DNA of 64,000 nucleotides from Vezdaea acicularis (lineage: Eukaryota), in contig JAPEUI010000042.1 in the NCBI GenBank assembly GCA_026025075.1, positions 62,001 to 126,000 on the forward strand. The letters are read 5' to 3'. The position numbers and the translations under genes were made by a program. Positions 26,297 through 39,600 of the stretch are shown piece after piece; position 1 is the stretch's first letter, and each line of letters opens with the position of its first letter. The notes under the pieces were generated by a model that made no database searches, was not told where the DNA came from, and saw only the letters and a list, made by a program, of their open reading frames with translations.

Positions 26297-26698
26297 GCTG
26301 CGGAATTGCTTCGACGGCTGCCGAAGTAGGTCGGTTTGTTCATCGTGGCTGGAAGTCCATACGAGGATTTCTCAACTCGGTAATGTACCCCGCCGCTCGC
26401 CCACCACCGAACTACAGTACATGTACCAGGCAGGGCTCGTGAAAAGTCAGGCGCAGCCTTGCCCTTCTACAGACATAATACTGAGGGGACTCCGGCGAAA
26501 TTTCTTGTTTCATCTATATATACACGTTTGACAGATGGTGATACGTCGGAGCTTCTGGCTTTGACGGCGACGTTGGTTCAGTCTCCTTGTTATCTGGGGT
26601 AGGGACAGAAATCTGTTTCTCGATATTAATTCATCTCAAGACTTTTCACCATTATCATACTCGAATTTTGGAGGCAACATGCTTCCTCGGCTCCACTG

Positions 26699-28368
26699 AT
26701 GGCATCCATCTATGCCGAGTTCCTAGCCAACATCCAACAAGTAGCAATATACGTGACTTTGCCGTCACTTCCTACCTGGAATACCGTTGTTACTCTCAAT
26801 GGTGACAAAGTAACAGTAACGACCAAACACTACGGGAGTAACACAACTGCTCTTCTGCCTGCAAAGGTCCAAGGACCTTCAGAACTGGTCCTGCATGATG
26901 ATCAAAGCCTGGAGCACTCCTGGAGGCTTCCTGTCATTCCAGATGGCACTCGCCCATCCACAGCCTTCCCATTAGATGCTGTGAATGATGCGCCCTGGTC
27001 CGCATTTGATATGACTTCCAAAGCGTCTATTCTATGCCTGGTCTGTTTACGTCAAAAGAAGCTTCAACCGCTAATTGAAAGAGGGAAGGTTAAAGTTTGG
27101 AAAGACCTCCCAAGCCAAAATTGGGCGGAGCTTATGGAGTTCTGGCATTGTCACAAACCTTCAGATGTTAGCTCTGGAAAAGAGCTCGGAACATCTTCGA
27201 AAGGATACAGCGCTGAGAGCTCTCTTCTTGCGGAGCAAGGTACTGGCTTGATTAACACGACCAGCTTTCTGTTGGCAGAAAGGGACTGTACAGGACTAAG
27301 CGTACGTATAATACCTTTACTTCTCGTCCTCAGGTCTCTTGACTCGTTTTTACGTTACGCTTATCTCCCAAATTTCCTCGTCCCTTTAAGGCAACAAGAA
27401 GGAGATCTGTCCCGATATTTCTCGGCCCATGGCTTGATCACCGATACAATTGCCGAAGAAAAATCACTCGTCAAGCTGGGCACTTTATCTGAGATTATCC
27501 TCTCCCTCTTTTCTAAGCGGCCAAGATGGATTGCTCATATATGGTGTTTCAGCACTATATCGCATGCCTCTGCATTTCACCATGAACGTCTCAAAGCACA
27601 CAAGATTAATGTGATTTTGGCGAGGGACAGATGTACAAGCCAATTTTTTTCAAGATCTAAATTTCCCACTGTTTTGCATTCTTCAGAACACGAATATTTG
27701 CCCTAGCCAGCTTCTGATTAGTTCGCTGATGAATCCAATAGTCAGATTTCCGCCATCAATTAAACTCTGTCCAAAGCACTCCGAACGATGCCACTGAAGA
27801 TTTGCAATGCCTTGGACTACATGGCAAAGATCCCGGACCAAGACAGGTATCAACATTGCACTGTAACCAATGCAGCTCGGAAATTGGTGAAGTTGATAAG
27901 GATACCGCGGGATTGATACTTTTCAAGTGGGCAGTAGCTGTTTCGCACGGCGTTGGCCAGAAGGCAGAAGCATTCCCAATAGAGAATTTCATTTCAGCGC
28001 AAATTCTTGGGATATTAGAAAGCCACGGTGTGCAGCACATCATAGCGCATTGCAATAATCAAGATTTAGACGTACCGTTACTCAAGCTATGGCCATTCAA
28101 TAAAGATCTTCGGTATACGAAAGCTCCTAGCTTTAGTTCAACGGAGGTACAGAGAGCGATGAAGGTCTTCTTCCAGGTAATCGACAGCGATCAAGCAAGA
28201 AGGGAGATAGATGCACCTAGTGCTGAGGAGTTGTACCTCGGGCCAAACGATTTAAAGGCATTGTACAGTGCCCTTCAGGAGAGTAGGAAGCTGCTACCAG
28301 AAAGCGCCACGAGATTTCGGGGGTGGGATGTTGGACTTTTGAGTAGATTTTCGCTCTCTGAAGCATAA
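26699..28368 (+). CDS. IPA1: HECT_2 family (UBE3D/Ipa1-like) E2-binding protein
   Basis: IYAEFLANI start, WKDLPSQNWAELMEFWHCHKP signature, CxxC pairs and MKVFFQ...LPESATRFRGW. Exon 1 (26699-27301) joins exon 2 (27742-28368) in frame across a 440-nt GT-AG intron. Confidence 0.88.
27388..27603 (+). ncRNA. Intronic box H/ACA guide RNA, snR81-like (predicted U2 snRNA pseudouridylation guide)
   Basis: Hairpin GGCAA(27390)...TTGCC(27454) with upper stem GGAGATC/GATCACC. The pocket AAGAA / GATAC is complementary to U2 GUAUC-UG-UUCUU. H box AGAAAA at 27457, 14 nt from the pocket; candidate ACA box at 27598-27600. Confidence 0.62.
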
Positions 28369-28551
28369 CAATATCTTCAGACTCCAGATTTATACTTCAC
28401 GATCTTTGAAGACATCCAGCTCATCCTACCTTTTCATCACTTGTAATAACTAAAGCAGGGAACGGCAATCACTCTCAAAATGTACGGGGTTTATGGAGTT
28501 TATTTTAACAAGTAGCGGATCTAAGGAGGTATCTGACTTCTTTTTATTAAC

Positions 28552-29452
28552 TTATTGAGCCTTTGAGGACACGATACCTGCATGTAGGGTCAGTGATGAT
28601 TAATAGACTCTCAGTGGCAACACATGAATTGAACTTACGTTCAACATCCTGTATGCTTTGTTGCAAAATCTGTTGTAGAGCTCTTGGGTTTTCCAATTCC
28701 TTCTGAATCTTCCCGATGATAGTGTCCGCAAGCTCTTTCTGCTGCCTTTGCTTGACCTGTCCCTCATACCTAACCCACGAGTCTAGCACAGACTTAGCCT
28801 CCTGGATAAGTGCTGTCTTTTGCTCCATCTCATAAGCCTTAGCCTCGAGAGTCGCAGTCTCCTACTCATTTGATTAGAACTGTGTTGTTTCTCTTCAAAA
28901 TGGTTTGCTACCTTAGAAACTTCAAAAAGCTGCTTGGTGATATCTATTACACCTCCAAGCTCTTTCACGCTGTCGATCCTCTGCTGAACAGCAGAGGTGT
29001 GTTCTTCACGAGCACCATTCAAGATCCCCTTCATCTTTGCAATTTGGCCATCAGCCCACTCTTTGTACATTGGGCCACCGTAATGCGCGACAGCCCAAAA
29101 GACAGTGAAAAGGGCAATCATGACAACCGACTCCTCGTTCACGACGTAGACCTCATTGCTAATGGCTGCGATCGAAACACCGGCACCTGCGGAGAGGATG
29201 GCGGTCTTGGAAATCAGAGAATTGCCTGGGAGGGAGTCTATGATCGACTGGGCCTTCTTCTTAGGGTCCTCTACAGGCACGTTCGATGCCGATCGATGTG
29301 TCGTTAGTGATGTGAGAGCCGGGAAGATGTGAGGTTGAATCACCGGTCGAGCACGGACTGCTCCTGTTTTCCGTAAGCAATTGATCCGCATTTGTGATAA
29401 AGCCGGTCAGAAACCTACCAGCAGTAGTTCGCGCCAAGCGGGACGCCATCAT
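28552..29452 (-). CDS. ATP4: Mitochondrial ATP synthase subunit b (4)
   Basis: Presequence MASRLARTTA, PKKKAQSIIDSLPGNSLISKTAILS...ISNEVYVVNEE and EAKSVLDSWVRYEGQVKQRQQKEL. Three introns. Confidence 0.95.
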
Positions 29453-29639
29453 AAATACTTCACGACGGAGAGAAATTGATGGAATATGGGGGGCCGGGGA
29501 TGAAGAAGTTCAGTACCTGGAAGTCGCCAGGTAACTCAGACGAGCTTTGACGAATTCGGTAATCTTTACCGAATCTCGACAGCCGACGTTCGGGAAACTC
29601 CAAACTTTTTTTTGGCAAGGTAACCTCGCACCACCAAAC

Positions 29640-31468
29640 ATGCCTGGCTTGATCGAGCAGAGCCAATCGAGGAAGAGGAAGAGACCAGAGCGCTCGGAGG
29701 TAGTAAGCAACCATGCTGAGACAAGGTTCAAGAGCTCAGGAGCTTTGCATACCAAGCCCACTAGCAAAAGTCGAGAAGCAGAAGTCTTACGACTGGAAGA
29801 CGAGATAATCAAGTCGCGGCAGAATTACAACAGCATTGCGAACTTGATCACCATCCTTGAAGATACCCTCAAATCTCATCACACAGATACAATCGTTGCT
29901 GTCTCGTTATGCCGAATATTCACCCGCCTTGCTGTGGCTGGGTCCTTGACCAAAGCCAAGGCTTCGTCCAAGCCAGAGAGGATCGTTGTGCAGTGGTTGA
30001 GGGAGAGATATTCGGAATACTTCAGCTTGTTACTTGAGATGATAAAGGGCGATACAGCTGCCAACGCTGTAAGAGCACACCTATTTATTATCTGGGAGCG
30101 TCTAACAGGATTCTAGGACATCGCTTTGGCTCTTTCGATGCGACTTCTAAAGGATGTAGATAGCCAGATTGGTAGTGGCCATGGTAGCATATTTCCAGTT
30201 GAGCGATTCGAAAGCTGTGTCAGGGCAATTGTGGAAAACGGACATAATTTCAAGGTTCAAGAAGAGTTTATCAACAAATTCGTCACTATATACGATGACA
30301 TTAGGTTCTATACTTTTTCAGCATTGGGGTAAGATAATACGCTAGTCTAGCACTACTTCGGGTAGCTAATGCATAATAGTAATATTGTTTCTGACACGGT
30401 ATCACCTGACTCTTCCGATATAGTCATCCAGAATACTCTGGTTCTTCTTTCAGCCATCGAGCATGTTCCAGCTTCGAATGAGAGTCTCGAGAGCTTCTAC
30501 ATCTTGCCTCCGAAGGATATCAAAGCACCATTCAAGTCATTGCGAGCGCATAAGAAGAAAGCGCAGAGTGCTTGGCTTGCCTTGCTTCGATCAGGTCTCA
30601 CAAAAGAGCAGCGAGATACTATACTGGGTTTGATGTCGCATCAAATTGCACCATGGTTCGTTGATATCGAGCTTTTGATGGACTTCCTAACGGACTGTTA
30701 CAATATTGGGGGTTCGACATCGCTCCTAGCGCTTTCGGGACTGTATTATTTAATCCAGGAGAAAAATCTCGATTACCCGTCATTTTACCAAAAGCTCTAT
30801 ACGCTCCTTGATGCTGACTTATTACACTCACGGCATCGCTCTCGATTCTTTCGGCTACTCGATGAGTTTCTTTCCTCCACACATCTTCCGGCGGCACTGG
30901 TTGCCAGCTTCATAAAAAGACTCTCAAGATTTGCTCTGTTTGCACCTCCAGCAGGCATTATTGCGGTTGTACCCTGGGTCTACAATCTACTCAGAAAGCA
31001 CCCAACCTGCACGTTCATGATACATCGAGAAACGACTGAGAAGGCGGCGCTCGAAGACTTGGTTCGGCGAGGCATTGATGACCCTTTCAACGTCGATGAG
31101 CTAGATCCAATGGAGACCAATGCTATTGATTCTAGTCTGTGGGAACTTGAGACGCTCCAGTCGCATTTTCACCCCAATATTGCTAGCCTCGCAAGAATCA
31201 TATCAGAACAGTTCACAAAGCAGTCCTACAATATAGAGGACTTTTTAGACCATTCTTACGGCACTGTAAGTGACCAGAATATCACCGGGCTTCTCGACTA
31301 TACATATTTGATACTAAACCTTAGCAGATGATTGATGCAGAACTGGAGAAGGATCTGAAAAAACCGCCGGTCGTAGAATCCTTGATACCAAAGCGGGTCT
31401 TGTTCAAGCATGAAGCGGAATCGACTTCGAAGGACGGTTTGCTGGTGAACCTTTGGAGCTTTGAATAA
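29640..31468 (+). CDS. NOC4: Ribosome biogenesis protein Noc4 (CBF/Mak21 family)
   Basis: LLMDFLTDCY.GG..SLLALSGL, NLDYPSFYQKLY, HLPAALVASFIKRLSR and SSLWELETLQSHFHPN. Three introns; last exon ends LWSFE*. Confidence 0.93.
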
Positions 31469-31875
31469 AAGTTTCCTATAGCATTCATGTTTAGGAAAAT
31501 AGCAGAACAGCATGAGTTTAACGTGATAGCAGCATAATTCATGAATCTGTCGTTCTGTATACTCACGTGCCGAGGCACAGTGCATGCTTTGTACCTATAT
31601 GTGGAAGCGACTTGGAGCAAGCAATGGGGCGGAGCTAGAGCAATGGACGACCGCCCAAATCATTAACTCAAGAAACCCCACCCCGCGCCTCGATTCCGAC
31701 ATGCGATTTTCCAATTCACTTCGGAGTTTCAGGAGATATCGCGGTCACCTTCGAATTGGATAAAGCGCAGTTTTGAATTGCTTGATTGATCTCCATAAGC
31801 AGTCTACGTCTGTCCCTAAACGCCAGCGCAAGCACGCCAAACCCCTAGTCCTACCTCGTCTCCTGTACGCCAAAG

Positions 31876-33652
31876 ATGCCACTCAAGGATCTGCTGAGAA
31901 AGAAGGATAGGAGCAGAAATGAGGAGATTGATTCGATGCCCGAAAAGGCCGAAGAAGCGCCATCCCCACAATTCACGATCATGCGCTCCGACACAACCAC
32001 CCAAGAGATAATCCAACCACCCCACTTCCCCGAGGACGAACCCACGCCTGGCACAAACACATCTCCTCAAAGCAAGAAGCGTCTCTCACGGCTCCGTCGA
32101 TTCTCCAACGCATCCACTGCTTCAACAATCAGCGAAGATAAGGTGGAGAAGGGCGCCAAGGGCGAGAGGCGGTTGTCGCAGCGCCTAGGGATCCGTTCGC
32201 GCAATAGCAGTGCGAGTTCTGCAAACCTCCCCGCTGATCTGCCAGATATCGATGACGTTGGAGATGAGGAAGATGCTGAGAAAGAAGCAAAATGGGAAAA
32301 GCGCGCCACGCTCCTGGCTATGGGGAACCTATCCAGCGGAACGATTTCCTCACAGCCGAATACGGTGCCCACAGCAGAAACGACTGCATTGGGAGCAGGC
32401 AGTCCTCCGGTGAAGAGGAACAGGAGTCCGAGTGTCTCTGCTCCAGAGGGAGATGTAAGTCATATAGCCCTCGGTGTCGGGAGCGAGGCCCTCTCAACAG
32501 GGAGACTGATTTCATTGTCGAGGAGTAGGAGACCATCCAGGAGGCGATCAGGCTTCACGAGGCGGGAGGTAAGAAAGACAGAAGCGTTGCGCTTGCTACA
32601 TGCGCGAGAGAAGGGATTTTTGCTAAGAGGCTCTGTCACAGATCTTCCGCAATCGACAAAGATGTTTGGCAGGCTCGCAGATCCCGATGGTCCAAACAAT
32701 GCGCTGAGTCAAGTGCTGTATGGTCTTGCGCTCAGGTCAGTCTCCCCGATCACGAGAACATCGATTGTAGGGCATGAGCGGATCGTGCAATATCGAACAA
32801 GGAGCATTGTATTGAATCATCGTCGTGTGTAACAGGCACGGATGGGGCTGCGAACCAGATCCTCCAAGAGCGATCACATACCTCTCCCTCGCGGCTCAGA
32901 ACTCAGCCGCGATCGAAGATCTAGCCCTTCAAGCGGGCATGAAGAAAGGCGGGGCTGCGAAAGGGGAGCTCGTCCTGGCAATCTTTGAGCTTGCCAACTG
33001 TTTCCGCTACGGCTGGGGGGTGCAGAAGGATCCCCTGGCTGCGAAGCAGTATTACGAGACCGCAGCCAATCTCGGTGATACGGACGCCATGAACGAGGCT
33101 GCGTGGTGCTATCTCGAGGGCTTTGGCACGAAGAAGGACAAGGTACGTGACGAGAATCTCTTCTTCGGTGAGGCTGTTGAAGTGCAACAAGGAAGTGTGT
33201 GGGTTACACGAGATTTTCTTCACAGGGGGAGACGGGTTGGGCAGCATCTCAAACAGTTGAGATTCATGCATGAATTTCTCCATGCGAATTTCAATCATGA
33301 CTCCGGGCAAGGCTGACGCGGGTGACGTGCACAGTACGCAGCCGCAAAATACTATCGCCTTGCCGAAAGCAACGGGAGCAAGACTCTAGGTAATTCCTGG
33401 TACGTCCATCCCCCCCCCCACCCTTCCCATTTTTCCTTCTTTTTTTTCCGCCCTCCATGCGCTATTGCTTGAGGGACAGCCAGCCCGCCATGTGACTTCG
33501 CCCGCAGCACTTTGCAGCGGTTGGGTTCTCCGGGTCGATTGGCTGGCGGCGCTCGCTCGCTCGTCGCAGCTGCGCGTACAACGTGGCGGTGGCTGATTTT
33601 CATTGGTGCTCGATGCAGGATTTGGAAGGAGAAGTATGACCCGAAGAGGTGA
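31876..33652 (+). CDS. Sel1-repeat (TPR-like) protein, Dsf2/Nif1-like, multi-exon
   Basis: IQEAIRLHEAG, LYGLALR|HGWGC, ELANCFRYGWGV, DAMNEAAWCYLEGFG and AAKYYRLA...GNSW|IWKEKYDPKR*. Confidence 0.85.
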
Positions 33653-34776
33653 GACGGGGGGGCTGTCGCCGCGAATGGGGAGAGATACCTCGTCGGACTG
33701 GTCGCCGGTCGGTTGCCCCGTTCCGCTGGAGAAGGGGAGGGAGGGCAGGGGGAGAGCATGTACTCGTCTGTTCGGGCCGTGAGATTTCACAGAGATGGGG
33801 CATGATGCATCATTGGGCACATGGAGAAGGGGAGTCAGGGGAGTCAGAAGAGAAGATCCAATGACGCGAATGGTGATTACAATTGAGATCGTTCCGATCG
33901 AGAGAACTGTATCCAAAGGCGCCGCGAAGAACCACCCCAGCCGTACCCAACACCCTCCCACCGAAGGGTACGTTTCGCGTTGCGATGGGCCGTGAGGCCC
34001 CTCCCGTCATCCCGCCTGGAGCACTTCCAGCGAGAGAACCGGACAGGCCGCGCCCCATCGCCGCCACGCGAGCGAAGTAAAAAAGAAGTTGACCACACCA
34101 AACGCGCACCGAGCCCCGAACCGTACGGAGAACAGGTGAGAGTCCAAAAGAAGCGCTGCACAGGAGACGGAGCCCCTGCGTCCACGCTCGCGTGGACCCG
34201 AACCCGATCAACCGACCCTCCCTCGCCGATGCAAGAAATTCCAAAGAGAAGAAGAAGAAGAAGAAGCTCCCATGATCACAAAGAAAAAGGGACGAATGAG
34301 GCCCCGTGGGGGAAGTACTCACGCGCCCGAGATTCAACCCCAACCATAAAAATGTACGATATGCTGTGATGAGGAAATGAAGCTCGCTGAAAATTCACCA
34401 AAACAAGGATTTCATAATATGTCGTAAAAAGGGGTGGCCCACCAGACGCGGAGGGCGCGAGATGCGTAGATGCGAACGGTGGGAAGAATGGTAGAGGCGT
34501 CGTCGTAGTCGTGACAGCTGAAGATGGAAAGGAGAAGTAGGAAGTTCCGCTGCTCAACCCCTCCCAATGCATCTGATGTGTATGCTCAGCATTGGGTCCT
34601 GTTTGATATACCCCATCGTGGTGCCCAAGGATCCGAACTTGGTGAAAAATCGAATGCGATTCGGCTGGAATGGCGTCTGTCTTCGCAACCCTGTATCAAA
34701 AGAAAACTGCTGTTGTTTGACTGCGATCATTCTCAAATTTGACTCTGTCGATTTGATAGATGGATGGACGCAAGTT

Positions 34777-36648
34777 TCACTCGGCCGACTCCCTATCCGC
34801 CTTATTCGCTTCGGCCACCAGCTTGGCGAAGTCGCGAACGACCTCTGTTGGCACCTTGTCCCACATCAGTGATCGGGTGTAGACCTCTGCGGCGGTGGCC
34901 TTGCTGTTCTCCCGCATAGCCGCGAGGCTGGCTTCGAGGTTACGGCGGTGTTGGGATGGAGATGCGGGCTCGCGCTCGCCAAACTCATGTGAGGTGACGC
35001 CGTTGTACTGTTCCGCCGAAAGACTGAACAGCTGCTCGGCCTCTTGCTCCTTGGTCGGCGTGATCAGATGGTGGCTCAGGACTTCCAAGGATGAGCTTGA
35101 TAGCCCGACCATGCTGGACTCGCCGAAAGCGGTCTTCGAGGGCGCCGGCCAGGCAATCCCGGATGGTGCCGGCTCCAAAACCTCGACTCGGTTGACGTTC
35201 ATCAAGCGCGGATCGGCTTGCTGAATGCCGGCGTCCTTGAAGATGTTATCAAGCACGGTGGCCGAAGCGGCTCGAATATCATCGGGCATCCGTGGAATCG
35301 CTGGTGTAGAAGACGTAGAGCTCTTCGAGGCAACGAAGGCACCGCATAGCAAGAGCTAATGAGAGTAGTCAGTAAGGGCGAGCTGCAGCGAAAGTGAGGG
35401 TACAGTTCACATACAATAAGGAGTAGGCTGGAAGCGGTCGGCTTGTCTTCCTCGCTGATGGCCAGCTTCTCTGCTTTGACGGGGACCAGGGCAGTGTCGG
35501 TTCGTTGATCGGATTCCATGGGAAAGTCGTTGATGACGAAATTCTCCCAGCTGCTGTCCATCGTGATGCTGTCGATGTCGGAAAAGTCGGTGGGATATCC
35601 GGCGGAACTGGGGCCCGTCGAGATGGAAGCGGTCTCCAATTTCTGCACCGCCTCGACGAGGACGGAATTCTTCTTTCGCAGATCACCCGTCTCGAGGGTA
35701 TGCCGCCGGACCATCTCTTCCTTCTCGAACCGCATGTTATCGATGTACTGATCATACTGTGCTTGGGTCGCTTTCCAGTCTTCTCTTTCGCGGCAATGTT
35801 CATTCTCGCGAACCTCCAGTTGTGCGACTTTGTCTTCGAGCTCCGAGATCAGCTCAGTATAATGCTTCTTCTCCTCTTCCAGCCGCTCGGTGTGCTGCTT
35901 CTTGCGTTGACGAGAATCAAGGCTACGGGTCAAAGTCAGTACCAAAATTTCGTTGAAAGGGCCAGGAACGACCAAAAAAAGGTGAAGGGGGGCCCTACGC
36001 AGCCTGCCTATTCCGAAGGAGCCGTTTCTGTTGCTTGAGCTCCTTGATCTCTTGATCGTCGCTCGACTGCTGAATGAGATTGTCGATATTGGTGAGTGTC
36101 CTCTCGGCTGGTATCTCGAATCGAGCGTTCTTCTTGCGGATGCCATCCCGACGCACCAAAGGCGACGTCGGCCGAGGGCTGCTCGGTCGCATGCGTTTGG
36201 GGATTGAGCGGGGGTCCTGCTGTTCTGACGCAATGGACGACATCCAATCTCGTCCGCCATGATGGGGAGAGTGCGGGATCGACACGCTCGAGGAAGAGCC
36301 GGATGGGAAGGCCGTGGGGCGGATGTGACTGGCGGTCGCTATCTCGAAGGGCGCCGTGCCCATGGTCGAGCTCGACAAGTAGGGGGTGCTCGCGGTATCG
36401 AAATCGGTGGGGTAGCCGTCGTACACGGCCATCGGCGTCGTCGCGCCTGAGGCATCATCCCACGACTGATCGAACGAGCTCGCGAAAGGGTTGTTGCTTT
36501 GAAATTTGGTCGTCGATTGCCGCGTACCCAGCTCACCGCTGAACTCGGGTGTTGTGAAGTCGGATAGAATATCTTCGTCGAGCACGACGTCGTCCTCGGA
36601 GAACCTGAACTCCGCCGGCGACCGGTAAAGGTCGCTCGTATACGCCAT
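34777..36648 (-). CDS. bZIP transcription factor (possibly Neurospora ada-1-like)
   Basis: Basic region KQQKRLLRNRQAA|LDSRQRKKQHTERLE joined across intron 35923-35998, then a coiled coil and a hydrophobic stretch (SLLLI|LLCGAFVAS, intron ~35355-35414). The 5' end is uncertain. Confidence 0.85.
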
Positions 36649-39600
36649 GATATCGACTCTCTCTGTGCCAATCCGTGTGTGTGAAGGGGAATGTTCTGCG
36701 TGCTCTGTGCGCGTCGGGTGCAAGTGGGACCAGCGTTGGTCGGCGACTTCGATATAGAAACGAAAGCGATAAGTGATGTGTGGGAAGAGGGGGGGGGAGA
36801 CAAGCTGGGAAACAACTGCGAACCGGCCGGCTTTTGTGGGCTGGCAGAAGTGGGGGGGGGGGAAGGGCAACGAGGGTTGCATGGGCGGTCGGAAGGAAAA
36901 GCGTAAAGTCAGTTGTGGTCAGGAGCTGCTGGCGGTGGGACAGGCTGGTACGGACGGTCTGGTGGTGGTGGTGGAGGAGGAGGAGTCGGCGGGGGGGGCG
37001 ACGGAGCGGGCAGGGATGACTGGGCAAGCTCTTGGCCGGAGTGCATGAAGCGACGCGGCGCCGGCCTATCGTCGCGGGCGCAGATGGCGAGTGTTTGCTG
37101 GGGCGGCCGCGGAAACGACGGGACCGCTGAGCCCGCGGGCGTGAGTGGTGGAGTGCGCATGAAGGGCCGCAGTCTAGCAATCGCGCTGCAGCAATCCCCG
37201 GGCCGGCCAATCGATCGCATCACGACCGCCCGCCGTCGATTCTTGCCCTTGACCGTCTCCCTCAGCAAGAGCGCGCCTCATCGCGAGGTATTGCGCAGGT
37301 CCTGCTCGGTCTCGTCATGTCTCGGCGTCCAAGGCTGGCCGTCACGGGGGAGCCGTCGCGATTGTTCGTCGCCCCGGCCGTCACCCATCCTCTCACGCGC
37401 GCCATGTTTCTGATGTCTGCCCCCCGCTGCGAATCATGGCGAGAGCTGGGTGATGTTCGGGGCCTTGCTTTGGGCCCCTCCCAGCGTCGGCGGGTGAGGC
37501 GATCAGCGCCCTCGCAGATGAACGGTCGAAGAGGCATCGCGGTCGGTGCAATGGCAGCTTCAATGCCAACCCCGTTGGCTCGCTCCCCAACGCCCCTTTT
37601 GGCCGTGAGACGGGGGATACGACGAGAGGTGGAGGCGAGCAGAGCTGGACTGGGAGCTGGGGGGGGCATCTAGACGCGTGCTGGGCGCGTCGACCTCCCG
37701 TCGCTCGGCTGCTTTCGTCCTCGAGCAGGAGATGGAGGACGCAGATCGACGTGGTGCGCAGAGAGCGAGCAGCGTCGAACGGCGAGTGATAGGCGCAAGG
37801 GCGATGGAGAGGAGTGGAGTGAGAGCGAGAGTGATAGAGCGAGAAGGCGAGCAAGAGAGGAGGTGAGAGCGAGAGGCAGCAGGCGGCGGCCGTCCAGCGG
37901 AAAAGAGGCCGGTGCAGGTGCCGTGCGTGGGAAGCCGGAAAGCGGGCAAGACTCACTCACCCCCAGCGCCAGTCCTTGCGCCTGTCAGCGCGGACCAGGG
38001 AGCGGCCCGGACGGACGACGGGCGCTCGCCTGTTCGCCTGTCTGCCCGCCGAAGCCTATCGCCATCCCGGCCCAGCCTATCCCAACGTCCGCCCATCGCT
38101 CGCGGCCCCTCCAAACCCTCCCACCGTCCAAGAGTCCCCAGTCCCAGTCCCACGATGCCCTTGGATTAATTGCTCTCGGCACCGGGGCGCCCGGCGTGCG
38201 CCCGCGGTCGGCGCCCATCTGAGTGGACGGGGAAGGGCACGGCGGTCCGAGTCGGGCCCGTGTTCTGCTGGGCGAACCGTCGGGCCTTGCTCGCAGCGTG
38301 CTCGCGTCGTCCGTCGTGAGTCGTTGAAGGAGGAGGGCAGGACGCCGTGCCATCGAGCGTAACGTGCGAGCATCGAGATCGTCCCACGCGGCGAGGACGT
38401 TCGTGGTCGAGGCCGCCGCCGCGCTTCACCAGTCGAGGACGGCCGGGCGTGGCAGGCCAGCCATCGCACCGCAATACCATTATCGCATCCATCGAGACGC
38501 TCCGAGGCAGGTCCTCGATGAGACCGCGGCGAGCAGACCGAGTCCTCTCGTCCAGGAATAGAAGAGAGGAACGAGGGTTCAGGCGCTTGCGACCTCGTCC
38601 CCGCACCGGCGTCCCCAAAGCGGCGGAGGCGTCGGGCCCGAACGCGTTGGTGCCCGCCGCCGACCACGGAGCCGAGGCTGATCCGGGAGCTTCCCATCGA
38701 CCTGACGGGCGCAAGTGCAGTGTCGATCGCCGCCGGGAGAGTGAAAGAGGGAGAGGGGATGAGGGGGATGAGGGGGATGAGGGGGATGAGGGGGAGAGAG
38801 GGAGAGAGGGAGAGAAGGAGAGTGGAAGAGAGGAAGACAGGAAGCGGGCGACGACGCAGCGCAGGACCGTTGGGACGGATGCCAAGGACCGCACAGTCCG
38901 TTGGTGGTGGTGGAAACAATTCGGCCCCATCAAAGGGCGAGAAGGAGGGGGGGAGTCGAGGCTGGAATGGCATCAAACCGGCCACCTGCCGATCCGCGGG
39001 GGTGGCTGCGCGGGGCCAGCTCGAGAGCGGGGAAGGGGAAAGGATGTCGGCGGCAGGAGCGATGGAGGATGGATGATGAGGAAAAGAAAAAGGAAAGAGG
39101 CTTCGAAGGGGGAGGGGAGTGACCTTGTCCCCCACGCAGGTCCTGGGCTGGTAGTGAACAGCAATCCCGCTCGAGGTGGGCAGACGATACGTAGAGGGTC
39201 GATTGAGGATGCATGAATGATGGAGAGGTACGAGAGGCGTGACGGGCAAGATTCTCCTCGACGGCCACGCACGACGCACAGAACATGCAAAGAGACTTAC
39301 TTCCCCGCAACGGTCACGTCGGACGGTTCGGCCCCACGTCTTCGCGTCTCACTTCGTCCGTCCCAACAATTGAGTGCGTGAGCACGGTCATTGATCACTT
39401 GTATCGCTCGCATTTCACCAAGGCGATTGGCTCTCGGCGGACCGAGCGGCTCTCGACGCCTTGGCTTTCCGTGATGAGGATTATTCGTTGGCAGACATAG
39501 GGTACGATGCCCTGGAATCGAGGTCGAGCGGGCTGTCTCGCATTTCGCTCGGCGTGGAAGGAGGGAGGTGCGATGGGGATGGCAATGGGAGCCCTTCCGG

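Noticed and set aside
27418..27440. TTCTCGGCC..TGGCT.GATCA resembles the 5' end of U2 snRNA
   Set aside because: No branch-site region (GTGTAGTA) or Sm site follows. It is better explained as part of the H/ACA hairpin or as coincidence.
27302..27706. Read-through of the HECT_2 ORF to 335 aa
   Set aside because: This is intron sequence. Splicing 27302-27741 restores the conserved C-terminal half in frame.
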